A stretch of 64,000 nucleotides of DNA from Chrysomallon squamiferum (lineage: Eukaryota; Animalia; Mollusca): positions 19,096,001 to 19,160,000 of the forward strand of contig CM022677.1 in NCBI GenBank assembly GCA_012295275.1, given 5' to 3'. Of the stretch, positions 44,220 through 58,004 are shown piece by piece (positions within the stretch are counted from its first letter, which is position 1; each line of letters starts with the position of its first letter). Below the pieces are notes generated by a model. It worked only from the letters and a program-made list of their open reading frames with translations, was not told the origin of the DNA and ran no database searches. The translations under genes and the position numbers were made by a program.

Positions 44220-44569
44220 TGTTATTATTATTATTTCTATATTCAATTCACTAATCACTAAAGTGGTAGAGTTGTGTAACATATTACATATTCATTTTTA
44301 TTTTTATTTATTACTTCTTTTCTTTTCTTTTTTTAATTATTTTTGAATATGTTTGTTTCTGTAATCAGTATTAGGAGATGCGTGACATAATTATATACAT
44401 ACATACATATATATATATATAAAACCGTATCTCTCTTTTAATTTCTATTCTATGATCTGTCTCTCTATCTCCCTCTCATACATACATTCAGAGAGAGAAA
44501 GAGCGGAACAGATAGCCAGAGAGACAGTCAAAAAGGCTAATTTTATAAATATTTGCACCATATAATTTA

Positions 44570-44647
44570 GCGGATTGAGGTGTTCATTGATGACGTCACT
44601 GATGACGTCATTGATGGCGGATTGAGGTGTTCACTGATGACGTCACC
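44570..44647. promoter_or_regulatory. Cluster of three full CRE palindromes (TGACGTCA) within a short direct repeat
   Basis: TGACGTCA at 44591, 44603 and 44638; GCGGATTGAGGTGTTCAYTGATGACGTCA duplicated. Function unproven. Confidence 0.35.
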
Positions 44648-44805
44648 AGCTATAAAGAAACCATTTGGACAGAACCACTTTTATGTTTTGTGGGTTGGGG
44701 TGAACGTTTTTTTTCCTTTTTTTTTTTTTTTTTTTTTTTTGTTGTTGTATAAGTTCGTAGCTGCAGTGTATGAGACGGGAGGCTGTTGAGATGACGTCGT
44801 GAACA

Positions 44806-44917
44806 TCAGTCTCTGTCGTTGCTGGATAGAAGTTTATTCTTTAAAACGTCGGCATCGGTGTTGCTTTTTTTGTCAACCACGTCGTTGTTGCCGTTTTCTG
44901 CTGCCGTATCGCGTTTC
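44806..44917 (-). CDS. SLC22 last exon (cytoplasmic C-tail)
   Basis: Acceptor TTTTCAG|G, phase 2; (R)KRDTAAENGNNDVVDKKSNTDADVLKNKLLSSNDRD*. Confidence 0.8.
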
Positions 44918-45363
44918 CTGAAAATGAAAGATAAGTTTTATCAGTTGTTGTTTTTATTTTTTTCATTTATTCCATTGTTTCATTCTTTCTTTCGTTCGTT
45001 CGTTCGTTCACGTATTCATTTATCCAGAAGTATAATTGTAAAAGAAAAGTTTTGTAAATAAATAAATGAGTGAGTGAAGGAACGAACGAACGAACGAATG
45101 AACGAATGAAAGAATGAAATTAATGAAAAAATACAGAATTTCGGTGATTATAGATGTAAATATAGAAATATATATATAAACAGAGAAAAATATAATAAAA
45201 TAAAATAATAAATAAATAAATAAAATAAAATGAAATAAATAAAAATAAATATTTGTATACAAACAATTAAAAAAAAAAACAACAAAACAATAATAAAGCA
45301 GAAAGACGGAAGGACAGACAAATAAACAAACTGAATACATTTCTAGTAGGTCACAATCCAAGA

Positions 45364-45401
<38 letters not shown>

Positions 45402-45513
45402 CAACAACAACAACAAAAACAACAACAACAAATTAAAAATAATATAAAATAAACATCTAACGAAACACGAAAAATGCAGACACCATGACACTATCTATCT
45501 GTTGCTAGGTTAC

Positions 45514-45665
45514 CTTCCGAATTGTTCGGCTTGTTCGATAGTTTCCGGAAGATCCTTGTTAAGCGTTTCCGGCAAAACAAGGGCGAGAATTCCTGCCGTT
45601 AAAGTTAGACAACCAAACACAACGAGGGGGAGGGCTCTACCGAAGTCTCCGCCCGCTAACACGCC
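45514..45665 (-). CDS. SLC22 exon (TM12 and LPET motifs)
   Basis: TTGTAG|GGC ... AG|GTAACC; GVLAGGDFGRALPLVVFGCLTLTAGILALVLPETLNKDLPETIEQAEQFG. Too short for the ORF track. Confidence 0.93.
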
Positions 45666-46608
45666 CTACAAGTAAAGACATTGGTTATAATTAAATACGA
45701 ACAGCCAATCATAACAGAGGGAAGGTTCTTAGGAAATCACCGCCCACTACTTTTACTACTACCGTGGCTTTTGTCATTCTTATATTCGTGACTGTTACTA
45801 CGTCTGCCAAAATGGTCACTACAACATATTACTACTACTACAACCACTACCACCATTACTACTACTACCACTACCACTATTTCTACTGCTATTAGAATTA
45901 CAAATACCAGCACTACCACTATCATTACTACTACTGTCATTACTATTACTTTTACTACTACTACTGCTACCTCTACTACTACTACTACTACTATTATTAT
46001 TACTATTACAGCTACTACTACTATTATTACTTCTACTGCACCACCACTATCACTATCACTACTACTACTGTCACTCTTATTACTATTACTACTACTACTA
46101 CTACTACTACCATTATTATTACTACTACTACTACTACTACTACCATTATTATTACTACTACTACTACTATTACTACTACTACTACTACTACTATTATTAT
46201 TACTACTACTACTACTATTATTACTACTACTACTACTGATACTATTATTACTACTACTACTACTGATACTATTATTACTTCTACTACTACTGATACTATT
46301 ATTACTACTACTACTACTGATACTATTATTACTACTACTACTACTATTACTACTACTACTACTACTATTATTACTACTACTACTACTGATACTATTATTA
46401 CTTCTACTACCACCACCACTACCACTATCACTACTACTACTTTCACTAATATTACTATTACTACTACTACTGCTACTACTACTGCTACTACTACTACTAC
46501 TACTAATAATAATAATAATAATAATAATAGCTCAAACCACAGTTAACTGTAAACTAAACAAAATAATTAACTAATTATTAAAAATCTCTATTTATAGAAT
46601 GCACATAC

Positions 46609-46790
46609 GGCGTATGCTATGTACGGCGCCACCATTGCTCCTGCACGTGCCCAGCTCGAGCTAGCCCCAACAGCGACGTTGCGTACGACGGTGGGGAAGA
46701 GTTCAGAGGAGAAAACGTAGACGTTGGCAAAACAACCCGCCGACCCCATCTTTCCTATCATAGCTAGCGTGATCGTCATCCACTGCAACG
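46609..46790 (-). CDS. SLC22 exon (TM10-TM11)
   Basis: TTCACAG|CG ... GCC|GTATGT; LQWMTITLAMIGKMGSAGCFANVYVFSSELFPTVVRNVAVGASSSWARAGAMVAPYIAYA. Confidence 0.95.
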
Positions 46791-47206
46791 CTGTGAAAGG
46801 AGAGAATAAAAATACAACAACTGCAACGACAACCACAACGACGGTAACGACAACAGAAAGAACGGCTGTATTCAGTCAGTTTTACGAGAGAAGAAAAAAC
46901 AGAAACGTTGGTCAGTTCTATAAAAACAACACCACCACCAACAAGAACAGCAACAAAAACAACAGTAATAATAATAACAACAACGACAAGAGCAATAATA
47001 ATAATAATAATAAAGAGATGTAGAGGGGAGACAGAAAGAGACACTGAGAGACAGAGAGACATATAAACACGAAGACAGACAGGCATAAGGTTAGATAGGG
47101 CGATCGAGAGAGATGTATAGACAGATAGAGAGAAAGACACAGAGGTAGAGTGATAGAATGAGAGAGATATACACAGCAACAGATATATACTGAAGAAGAG
47201 AGATAA

Positions 47207-47319
<113 letters not shown>

Positions 47320-48086
47320 TATATATATAAAATAATGGTTGCTGAATATATATATATGTTTATCAAACAAGTACAAGCATAACTTTTTTCTCTCAGTATA
47401 TATGTTAATTGAATCAATATGACTGCCCGATATACTAGTATTTATCTGTCACTTTGTGTGTGTGTGTGTGTGTGAGTGTGTGTGTGCTTATAGGAGTCTG
47501 TGTGTGTTTGTAGCCTATTTATTTATCGAGATTTTATATATATATATATATATGTGCAAGCATACACACACACACACACACACACACACAACATATACAC
47601 ACAAACACAATACCATAAGTAAGTCACTTATTTTCTAAACACAGTCTTAACCGATTAACATATAGAACACAGTTTCGTCGATCTCAGCCGAGAAGGCGTA
47701 CTTTAGCCCTGAACCTCAGGTAGATCTTAGCTACGGAGAAACACTTTTAAAAGAATCAATGTGTGTTATTGAAACTGGGTGCTTACAAACAGCTGTGTGA
47801 CAAATATTGATACGTACGAACTACCGTGAGTTTTCTGATTTGTTTGCTTTCGTGTTAATGTATGAGGTAAACGACTTGGAAGTATGGATTAACATTAATA
47901 CTGAAGTGTCTGTGCGAATATGTATGTTTCTTGAGTGTTTATGTTTAGGTTTATGTGTGTGAGGGTGTGTGTCTGTGTTTGTGTGTGTGTTTGTGTATAT
48001 GTGTGTGTGTAGGTGTTGTTTGCTTTTGTTGTGTTGTCGGTATGTGATATGTGTGTATGAATGTGTGTATATATACACTTAGACAA

Positions 48087-48142
<56 letters not shown>

Positions 48143-48223
48143 AATAACATAATAACAACAATACGAAATAGATGTAGATGAGAGACTGGCAGATTGAGGG
48201 ATAGACAGACAAAGGGAGGGAGG

Positions 48224-48340
<117 letters not shown>

Positions 48341-48627
48341 GCTCTTATGTAATCAATACAATGGGTTTTTTTTTTTGACGTAACAGTTACGATGACATGT
48401 AAAAATCTTTTTATGCATTACGAGTAAGTGAAATTAATTAACAGTGACGTGCATATGGTGTGCAGTAACTGTATAGATGTACATGTATATATAGTTACTG
48501 CACGTGTGTATGCCTGCCACTGTTAATTCCATTTACTCATAACACATGCATGTACAGTAACAGTCTTTCTTAATAACAACAAAAATAAGAAGATGGTAGA
48601 TGAAAGACAAAGAAAGAAAAAGAGAGT

Positions 48628-48730
<103 letters not shown>

Positions 48731-48956
48731 ACATTTATAATGACACTGAGGGAATAGATGTGTCTATATGTGTTTATAGTATATCTGAACATGTGTACTA
48801 TAATATGTGTGTGTTTATATGTGTGGGGAGTATGTTTATGTGTGAGTGTGTGCGCGCGTGAGGGGGCATGCGCGCTCGATTTGTGTTTGTGTTTGAGCAT
48901 GTGCCTAATAGTGTACACACACATACATACACATGTAAAATCAAACAAACACACAC

Positions 48957-48999
<43 letters not shown>

Positions 49000-49075
49000 A
49001 AAAACACACAGATCTGCTATTACAATATGTCTCAGTATTAACGGGTTACAAAACTTGAGTTCACTTCAAACTTAC

Positions 49076-49305
49076 ACTGTGACGCATACAGAATGGTGAA
49101 GATCGTTGCCAGGCAACAGGCACCACCGACGATGTTGACGGCGCACAACAGGCGTTTACGTCCCCACCGATCCATGAAGATGTTGCAGAGAAAAATTCCC
49201 GGAAACTCCACCAGGGCGGAAACGGCGAAAGTGAGGTAAAAGTTACTTCCCCCTAGATTGCGGGTGTTCAGCGACACCCCGTAGTACAACATACTAATAA
49301 CAAAC
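49076..49305 (-). CDS. SLC22 exon (TM7-TM9)
   Basis: TTTCAG|G ... T|GTAAGT; FVISMLYYGVSLNTRNLGGSNFYLTFAVSALVEFPG...MDRWGRK...LYASQ. Confidence 0.95.
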
Positions 49306-49312
49306 CTGAAAC

Positions 49313-49361
49313 AAGTAAGTAAGTAATAAGTAAGTAAGTAATAAGTAAGTAAGTCAGTAAC

Positions 49362-49395
<34 letters not shown>

Positions 49396-49920
49396 TAAGT
49401 AAGTAATAAGTAAGTAAGTAAGTAAGTAAAAGTAAGTAATTCAGTCAGTCAGTCAGTCAGTAAGTAAGTAAGTACGTAAGTCAGTAAGTAAGTAAGTATG
49501 TAATAAGTAAGTCAATCAGTCAGTCAGTAAGTAAGTAAGTATGTAAGTCAGTAAGTAAGTAAGTAGCTAAGTAAGTAAGTCAGTCAGTACGTAAGTAAGT
49601 AAATAGGTAAGTCAGTAAGTAAGTAGGTAAGTAAGTAAGTCAGTAAGTAGGTAAGTCAGTAAGTAAGTCAGTCAGTCAGTAAGTAAGTAGGTAAGTCAAT
49701 AAGTAAGTAAGTCAGTAAGTAAGTAAGTAAGTCAGTCAGTCAGCCAGTCAGTAAGTAAGTAGGTAAATCAGTAAGTAACTAACTAACAAAGTAAGTCAGT
49801 AAGTAAGTAAATAAATAATTAAGTAAATGGGTAAGTCAGTAAGTAAGTAAGTAACTAAGTAGATAAGTCCCTAAGTAAGTCAGTAAGAAGTCAAGTAAGT
49901 CAGTAAGTAAGTAAGTAAGA
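49313..49920. repeat. (GTAA)n/(GTCA)n tetranucleotide array, ~600 bp, followed by (GGAA)n
   Basis: Direct reading; starts ~6 nt from the SLC22 acceptor at 49306. Confidence 0.95.
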
Positions 49921-50617
49921 AGGAAGGAAGGAAGGAAGGAAGGAAGGAAGGAAGGAAGGAAGGTAGGAAGATAGTAGTAAAACTAAAAACAATATAATTT
50001 TAACATGTTCTATATTAATGTAATTATTGTGATTCTAATACCATAGCGTTGTCTTCTATTCCAACCACTGAATCTGAATACTCATCGGCTACTCATAACG
50101 TTGCTATTACCACTGCTATTATGCTACTACTGTTACTACCACTACTACTACTACTACCATCATTATTACCGTTCTTCCGCTACCACTACTAGTTATTCTA
50201 CTATTACTATTCCATTTCCGATACTACTACTGCAATTTCGACTACTGCTATTTCTACTAATACTGCTACTGATACGACCATCTCCCCATCATTACTACCA
50301 CTATTTTTGTTACTACTGCTACTACTTTTACTTCTACATCTACTACTACTACTACTACTACTTATCAGTTAAAGAAAATAATATTACCACAACTATTACT
50401 ATTACTACTATTTGCATTACTTACTACTACTACTACTACAACAACGACTACAACTACTACAACTACAACTACGACTACGACTACAACTACAACTACAACT
50501 ACAACTACGACTACGACTACGACTACGACTATGACTATGACTATGACTATGACTATGACTATGACTACGACTTTAACTACAACTACGACTACGACTACGA
50601 CTGCGACTACTACTTAC

Positions 50618-50845
50618 CAGTTAAAGAAAATAATGGAAGTCCTAAGAAGTAAAATTTTTCTAGTAAACAGTTCTACAAAGTCTTTTATTTGTGACCGAGA
50701 TTCTGGAATCTCTTCCATCAACTTTTCTTCAAACACGCTCTCAGGCAGTTTCACTTTGTTCACCTCCGCCATTTTACGTATTATCACTTCCGCTTCCTCT
50801 TTCCGGTTCTTACTGAGCAGCCATCTTGGCGACTCTGGAATCAGC
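50618..50845 (-). CDS. SLC22 exon (central cytoplasmic loop)
   Basis: GTTTCAG|G ... TG|GTAAGT; LIPESPRWLLSKNRKEEAEVIIRKMAEVNKVKLPE...LRTSIIFFN(W). Not given in the ORF track. Confidence 0.94.
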
Positions 50846-51103
50846 CTGAAACGAGGAGAATGGATGAATAATTTGTTGTTTGCAATGATGATGATGATGA
50901 TGATGTTGATAATGATGTATCCGATGATACTCTTTACGTATTAGATTGTATGGTTACTGTTGCTGCATTTTATTTTAATATTAATGACAATAAAAGCAGA
51001 TAAATATCAGTATTTTTAGTCTATTTCTGTTTTCTTTTTCTTCTTTATCATGTCTGTCTTCTTGTTCTTTTCTTTCTTTCATCTTTTTTTTATCATGTAG
51101 ATG

Positions 51104-51166
<63 letters not shown>

Positions 51167-51195
51167 CATTATTATTATTATCATCATCACCGTTA

Positions 51196-51226
<31 letters not shown>

Positions 51227-51248
51227 TATTATTATCATCATCATCATC

Positions 51249-51295
<47 letters not shown>

Positions 51296-51716
51296 TGTTA
51301 TTATTATCATAGACTGTTTTTGTTATTGCTGCTGCAACTGTTTTTGTTTCTATTATTTATTACTTGTATTTCTTGTACAAGGTCGTTCATAATTAGTGTC
51401 TGTATACTGCCAGATGTTTCTAATTCTGCAACAGCTAAAGCTCTAGTACTAATACTAATACCACTACTACTAGCAGCAGTACCCTACCACCCTACTACTA
51501 CTACTAACAGTAGTAGCCTAGTTCTGCTTATATCAGTACTACCATTGCAACTATTACTACTACTACTATTATTGCAGCTTACTGCTTGCTACAACTGCCA
51601 TTGCAACCATTACTGCTTCTACCACTACAACTGCTACCACCGTTACTATTACTACCACTACTATCTCTATTACTACTACCACTACTATATCTATTACTAC
51701 TACCACTACTATTAGA

Positions 51717-51750
<34 letters not shown>

Positions 51751-52110
51751 TTGCTGCTGCTGCTGCTTCTTCTGCTGCTACCACTACTACAGTTGCTAAC
51801 GATAATATTGTTACTGGAACAATAGTTTATATTAATCATGCAAGAACAATAAACACAGTTACTACTACTACTACTACCACTACTACTACTACTACCACAA
51901 CTACAACTACTGTAAATCTGTTACTACTATTACTAACTATAATAAGAACAAGAAACATCACAATAAATACAACTACTACAACTGCAGCTGTTACTACTGC
52001 TACTACCGTAACAAATATAACTACAGCAGCAACTACTACCACCACCACCACAGCAACAAAAATTGTTATTATTATTATTATTATTACTACTACTACTACT
52101 ACTACTACTG

Positions 52111-52142
<32 letters not shown>

Positions 52143-52170
52143 GTTACTACTACTACTACTACTACTACTG

Positions 52171-52202
<32 letters not shown>

Positions 52203-53243
52203 GTTACTATTTTATCACGGTCATTAACACCAACATCATCATTGCCGTCGTCGTTGTCGTGTTTATTACATCCGTTAACACTGAATGTTTTAATATGCAT
52301 GGCAGTCATTCACGTTGTTGTTTGTATGTTGGGTAATTCGGTCACTCGTTCTAAGAATTAATCTAGAAAACGTTGTAAACAATCGCAGACACTGAGACGC
52401 AATTTTTATTCTACTACGGTTGGCTGTTCGGGTCATAAATTCATTACTTTACACATAGGCCTGTACACTGCGATTGACGTAATTAATCATGAGAGTAAAT
52501 CATAATTTGGTATGTGTCATAATTCAGTATCTACGTAAAGGCCTGTATATTGCTACTGACGATGTTTAAACATTTCAACTTGCATAGATAAAATAATTTA
52601 ATATAAATACGTTTTGCGTGGTTATATTATGTTGCTGCTGTTTATTTTCGTTATTTTGGTCCATGTTTATATATGTAACGTATAACAAGTTTTATTTGTT
52701 TGTTTACAATTAAACAATGTAAACAATTATAATTTATTTTCCGTATCACATGACTTTTTTTGGATGAGAAATTTTTTATTTTTGTATTTCCTACACTGAT
52801 ATTTCATTATTTAATTAATATCAAATCGAGTCTGAATAACAAATTATGACTTAAACGACCACCATACATATCTAAAGAGTTAACGCATACATTTGTATTT
52901 CAGTCAACATCTTGGGAATATACTGCAATACTCGTCACAACAATGTGATACTCGCGGAATTATGGCCCCAATGACCAGCCATAGTTGAAACGATTTATAT
53001 ACATGGGCCGCAGTTCATTCTGACTTTAATTAACAGAGCAAATAATTATTTGATTTATGATCAGTGTGTCTGTTATTAATGGAAAGGTTGATCTACTGCA
53101 TCTGTTCAGTTAGTTCAATACGACTCCGAATAATGAAAGTTGTCTCCACCGACCACCGTATTTTGCTATTATTATAAGTCACTGAATACGTATTTTCAGT
53201 AAAATATTGATGTTTGAAAAGTAAGCTCAAACGTCAACGAAGG

Positions 53244-53394
<151 letters not shown>

Positions 53395-53734
53395 ATTATG
53401 GCATGCAAGAGATCACTTAAGTAGTTATATATAAATATACACACACACACACACACACGCACGCACGCACGCACGCACACATACGTATAAACTCAGCTGA
53501 TATGCCTAACATAATATTAATAAGTTTAATAAATTAAGCGTTATTTAAAGACGGAATTATGGCACTAACGGTGATTCGTAACTTCACCGATAAATAAAGT
53601 AGTAGCAACAGTAGTAGCTGTTGTAACAGTAGTGTCAGTAGCGGTAGTAGTGGTAGCAGCATCAAAACAATTAACAACAGGTTTGTTGCTGTTGTTGTGT
53701 TGTTGTTGTTGTTATTATTATTATTATTATTATT

Positions 53735-53766
<32 letters not shown>

Positions 53767-53866
53767 GTTGTTTCCTGTTGTTGCTGCTGTTATTCTATTC
53801 TTCTTCTGATTATTATTATTGTTATTATTATTATTAGTAGTAGTAGTAATAGTAGTAGTATTACTA

Positions 53867-53966
<100 letters not shown>

Positions 53967-54088
53967 TTTCATCTTTAATGAATTACGCTGCATACTGTTT
54001 AACAAACTATTACACCAAGCGCCATTCTATTTACGACTAATATCTAAACATTTTTTCTTTTATGACCCTGATGGGGCTCCATACTTAC

Positions 54089-54257
54089 CACCAGTAAGAT
54101 AAAAACACGGCCACAACACACGTGCACACGATCTCGATGTGGTGCCAGTGACGTAGGAAGTAGGCTACTGCGCAGACCAGGAGCTCTCCTGCGGCGAACG
54201 TGTACTGAATAAAAACTCCAACAAAAACTCTTTTGCTAGCTCCAACAATCTCAACAC
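54089..54257 (-). CDS. SLC22 exon (TM5-TM6)
   Basis: CTCTAG|GT ... TG|GTAAGT; 169 bp; VEIVGASKRVFVGVFIQYTFAAGELLVCAVAYFLRHWHHIEIVCTCVVAVFLSYW(W). Confidence 0.95.
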
Positions 54258-54428
54258 CTAGAGCAAACAAACAAAATAATTTGAGAATGAGAGATGGAGT
54301 ATGTGACAGAAATAATATAGACAGAGACAGAAATGGAGAATAGACAGTGCTTGAAAGAGGTAGAGGGAGGGGGAGAGGGAGAGGATGAGGATGAGGATGA
54401 GGGAGAGGGAGAGGGAGAGGGAGAGGGA

Positions 54429-54540
<112 letters not shown>

Positions 54541-54965
54541 TAGACATACAGAGATAGAGACAGAGAGATATACAGTTCAATAATTTATTCCATGCAACAG
54601 ATTACATCTAAGAAAATATAAACGAATAAGAAAGAAGTAAAACAAAAAAACAATTAAAAAATAAACGTCATTGTCTTCCTCAGCTTATTTCTAATTAATC
54701 TAAAGTTCAAGCACGCATACATGATATCAATCAGCCCGATAATATTTATCGAAATTTCATTACAGAAAAAACGATAACATTGTAAACACCCCCTTGATTT
54801 TTCAATGGAATCGCCCGGTAACCCAAAGATTTACCATATTTTATTGTTTTTAATGAAGTGTCAACGGTTAGTAAATCCTATAACAAGATCAACATAACAT
54901 TTCACCTAGAAAAAACCAACTGATTATTTTAGTAGAAAAAGATAAATAAAACAAACGAGACGTAC

Positions 54966-55120
54966 TCATGACGAAGGAAGTAGTAAAAATGCCGCCAGAG
55001 GACGCCCCTAACAGGAAACGGAAGAGGGTGTAGGTGAGCTGTTCCGGAAGGTAGTTGAGAGAAAAGCCGCAGATCAAGTTGACCACTAGTGACGTCATCA
55101 GAGCAGTCTTCCGTCCAAAT
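54966..55120 (-). CDS. SLC22 exon (TM3-TM4)
   Basis: ACTCAG|A ... A|GTACGT; 155 bp; FGRKTALMTSLVVNLICGFSLNYLPEQLTYTLFRFLLGASSGGIFTTSFVM. Confidence 0.95.
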
Positions 55121-55213
55121 CTGAGTAGAAATAATAACAATAACAATAATAGTAATAATAGTAATAATAATAACAATAATAGTAATAATAGTAATAATAG
55201 TAACAACAATAAC

Positions 55214-55247
<34 letters not shown>

Positions 55248-55287
55248 TAATAATAACAATAATAATAATAATAATAATAATAACAAC

Positions 55288-55319
<32 letters not shown>

Positions 55320-55507
55320 TAATAAATAATAATAATAATAATAATAAGAAGAAGAAGAATGTTGGTAGCAATAATGACAATAACAATAATAATAACAGTA
55401 ATAATAATACAATAACAGTAACTGTTGTTGTATAGTTTTGATGATAATGATGATTATGATGATAATGAGACGACTACGATGATAACAACAACAATACCAG
55501 TATTAGC

Positions 55508-55559
<52 letters not shown>

Positions 55560-55768
55560 AGCAGCAGCAGCAGTAATGACAATAACAACAAAATAAAACT
55601 ATTACATTGATGACTATTAAATTAATATAAATGGTGATGATAATAACGATTATAATAATAAAAGTAACAACAATAACAACAACAAAAACCACAATAATAA
55701 TATTAATATCAATAATAATAAAAATACCAATAATAATAATAATAATAATATCAATAATAATACCAGTA

Positions 55769-55835
<67 letters not shown>

Positions 55836-57406
55836 CAACAACAACAACAACAATAATAATCCTGCTGCTACTACTACCACTATTACTATTGTTCTTGCCA
55901 CTGCTACTGCGACTAATGTCACCGCTACTCTTACTGCTACAACTACAACAACTACAATCACCATCACAACCATCTCACCACCATCGCATCACCAACACCA
56001 CCACGTCTACCACAACTACAGCCACATTCGTTATCTCCAGCACTACCTCTACCGACATCCCTGATAGTTTGTAAAAATGAAACAGAATTTGTCTCAGTGT
56101 TAGCAAATAAATAAATAAATAAATAAACAAATAAAATTTAAAAATGAGTAAAAGATTTTAAACGGCGGTAAATATGTCGCTGGGTGACTACGACTGGGAT
56201 CATGATCTCGGTGACGACGACAACGTTAGCAACATCAGTCTTGTGTCCTTGTTTAATCAACTGCCGCAAGCCTGCATAAATTATGTTAATTTAACGTAGT
56301 GCGTTCAAGTTGCAACGTAATCGTTTAGCTGGAGGGGGGGTAAAAAAAAAAAGCTTTTGAATTTGGAACGAACAAACAAGCAAAATGAATTAATAAATAA
56401 TAAAAATTAAAATATTATATTTAAAAAAGTGAAACCTTGAACTGAATACTCTCGCTAATAATTTTTTTTTTTTTTTTTTTTTTTATTTTTTTTTTGTAAA
56501 GCGGAATGATAATGAGCAAAATCATTAATATTAACACCATTAATCTAATCAGATGAGTTATGTTAATTAATATGTACTAGAATAATTAATACGTACGGGT
56601 ATAATGAGTCTAAATGAATAAATAAAACCAAATTTATATATATATATATAGATAGATATAGATATAGATATAGATATAGATAGATGTATGTATATATATA
56701 ATATAACTATCTTTCTCTCTCTCTCTGTACATGTATATATATATATATATGAATATTTGTTTGTTTGTGCAATTATATAAATATATGTCCTGTATATTGT
56801 ACAAGTGTATGAGTGCAAGCATGATTAATATAAAATACTAGAGAAGAGAAAAAGTGTTTTTTTGTATTTCCCTAATGACATCTCAACAAATTCCCACAGG
56901 GGGTATCGAACCCTGTTCCTTTCGCCTACGGCTTAACTAGGCCAGTAACGAAACAGCTAATAATAATCTTTTTTTTCGTTATTGATTACCATTACGTCTT
57001 TGTCTTGTTCAGGAAACAATAACAAAATGACATACAGCCCGTGTTTTTTTGAGACGCAGGCAAACTCAACCATTCGTGACCGACTGGTAGAATTAGTAAG
57101 TAATCGATATACCGGACCGATAATTTTGCAGACGTTAAACAAAAAAAAAAAAAAAAAAAAAAAAGAAGTAATACATGTCACGCATGATCGAACACAGAGC
57201 GTGGGAAATGAAGCGTGGCAAATGCGGTATTGAGTAACACTAATAAAAAAAAATTCGATTTGTGTTCATTTCTTTATCTAGAATTTAAAGAAGAAGAAAA
57301 AAATGTCATGTTGTTTTATACTAAAACTATTTTAAAACCAATGATGCTGCACGTAACAGCTGGAGTAAACTTAGTTAATCATTTGATAGCGTGTTGAATA
57401 TTATAT

Positions 57407-57650
57407 GACGTTACATTAAATTTTAATTACGTAATAATTGCCGTTCGGTCACATCATTACGTTATGTTCAATTTTAATGACGTAATCAATGTCCTAGCGT
57501 CATATTATTACGTTGTATTCAAATTTAATGACGTAATAATTGTCCTACGGTCATATTATTAAAACGTTTTCAGTTTTAATGATGGCGTCATATTATTACG
57601 TCATCAAAATGTAATTACGAAATAACTGTACTTGCGTTATGTTATTACGT
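57407..57650. repeat. Degenerate 51-bp tandem repeat rich in TTACGT/TGACGTAA
   Basis: TKACGTAA cores at 57427, 57478 and 57529 (exact 51-bp spacing). Confidence 0.75.
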
Positions 57651-57900
57651 TTTATTTCATTAATAACTGATATGGGGTCATATTGATAATATTCATTACT
57701 GTGGAAAATTCGTATTGTTTGCTTATTTGTAACAGTCTCCTGATATTATAATCATATTTACATTATTGTGTAACAATGCATGCACTTATGGTATGAAATC
57801 GGTACCTAAAAGAGTTCATCAAACAAAACAAACACGCCCTGAAGGTCTAGTATTTACATAGTGTCAGTCATAATAAATAAAAGGAAATAAAAACGGGTAC

Positions 57901-58004
57901 CTGTCAGAAAACGCTCCTATTAGAAAAACTCCCACTAGAAATCCTGCCATAAATAAAGATTGTGCGTTGGTTCGATCAATTGTATGTTCACAGACCATGT
58001 TGTA
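57901..58004 (-). CDS. SLC22 exon (end of extracellular loop, TM2)
   Basis: TTTTCAG|TAC ... AG|GTACCC; 104 bp; YNMVCEHTIDRTNAQSLFMAGFLVGVFLIGAFSD(R). Confidence 0.95.

Noticed and set aside
44730-44805. Stop-codon readthrough or a longer SLC22 C-terminus
   Set aside because: The TGA context (TGA TGT) is not a recognised readthrough motif and the downstream frame runs into poly(A); only an error in the A7 run at 44865-44871 would change the tail.
56895-56945. Functional tRNA gene
   Set aside because: Only a T-arm/B-box-like GGTTCGATACC on the - strand; no acceptor stem or complete cloverleaf.
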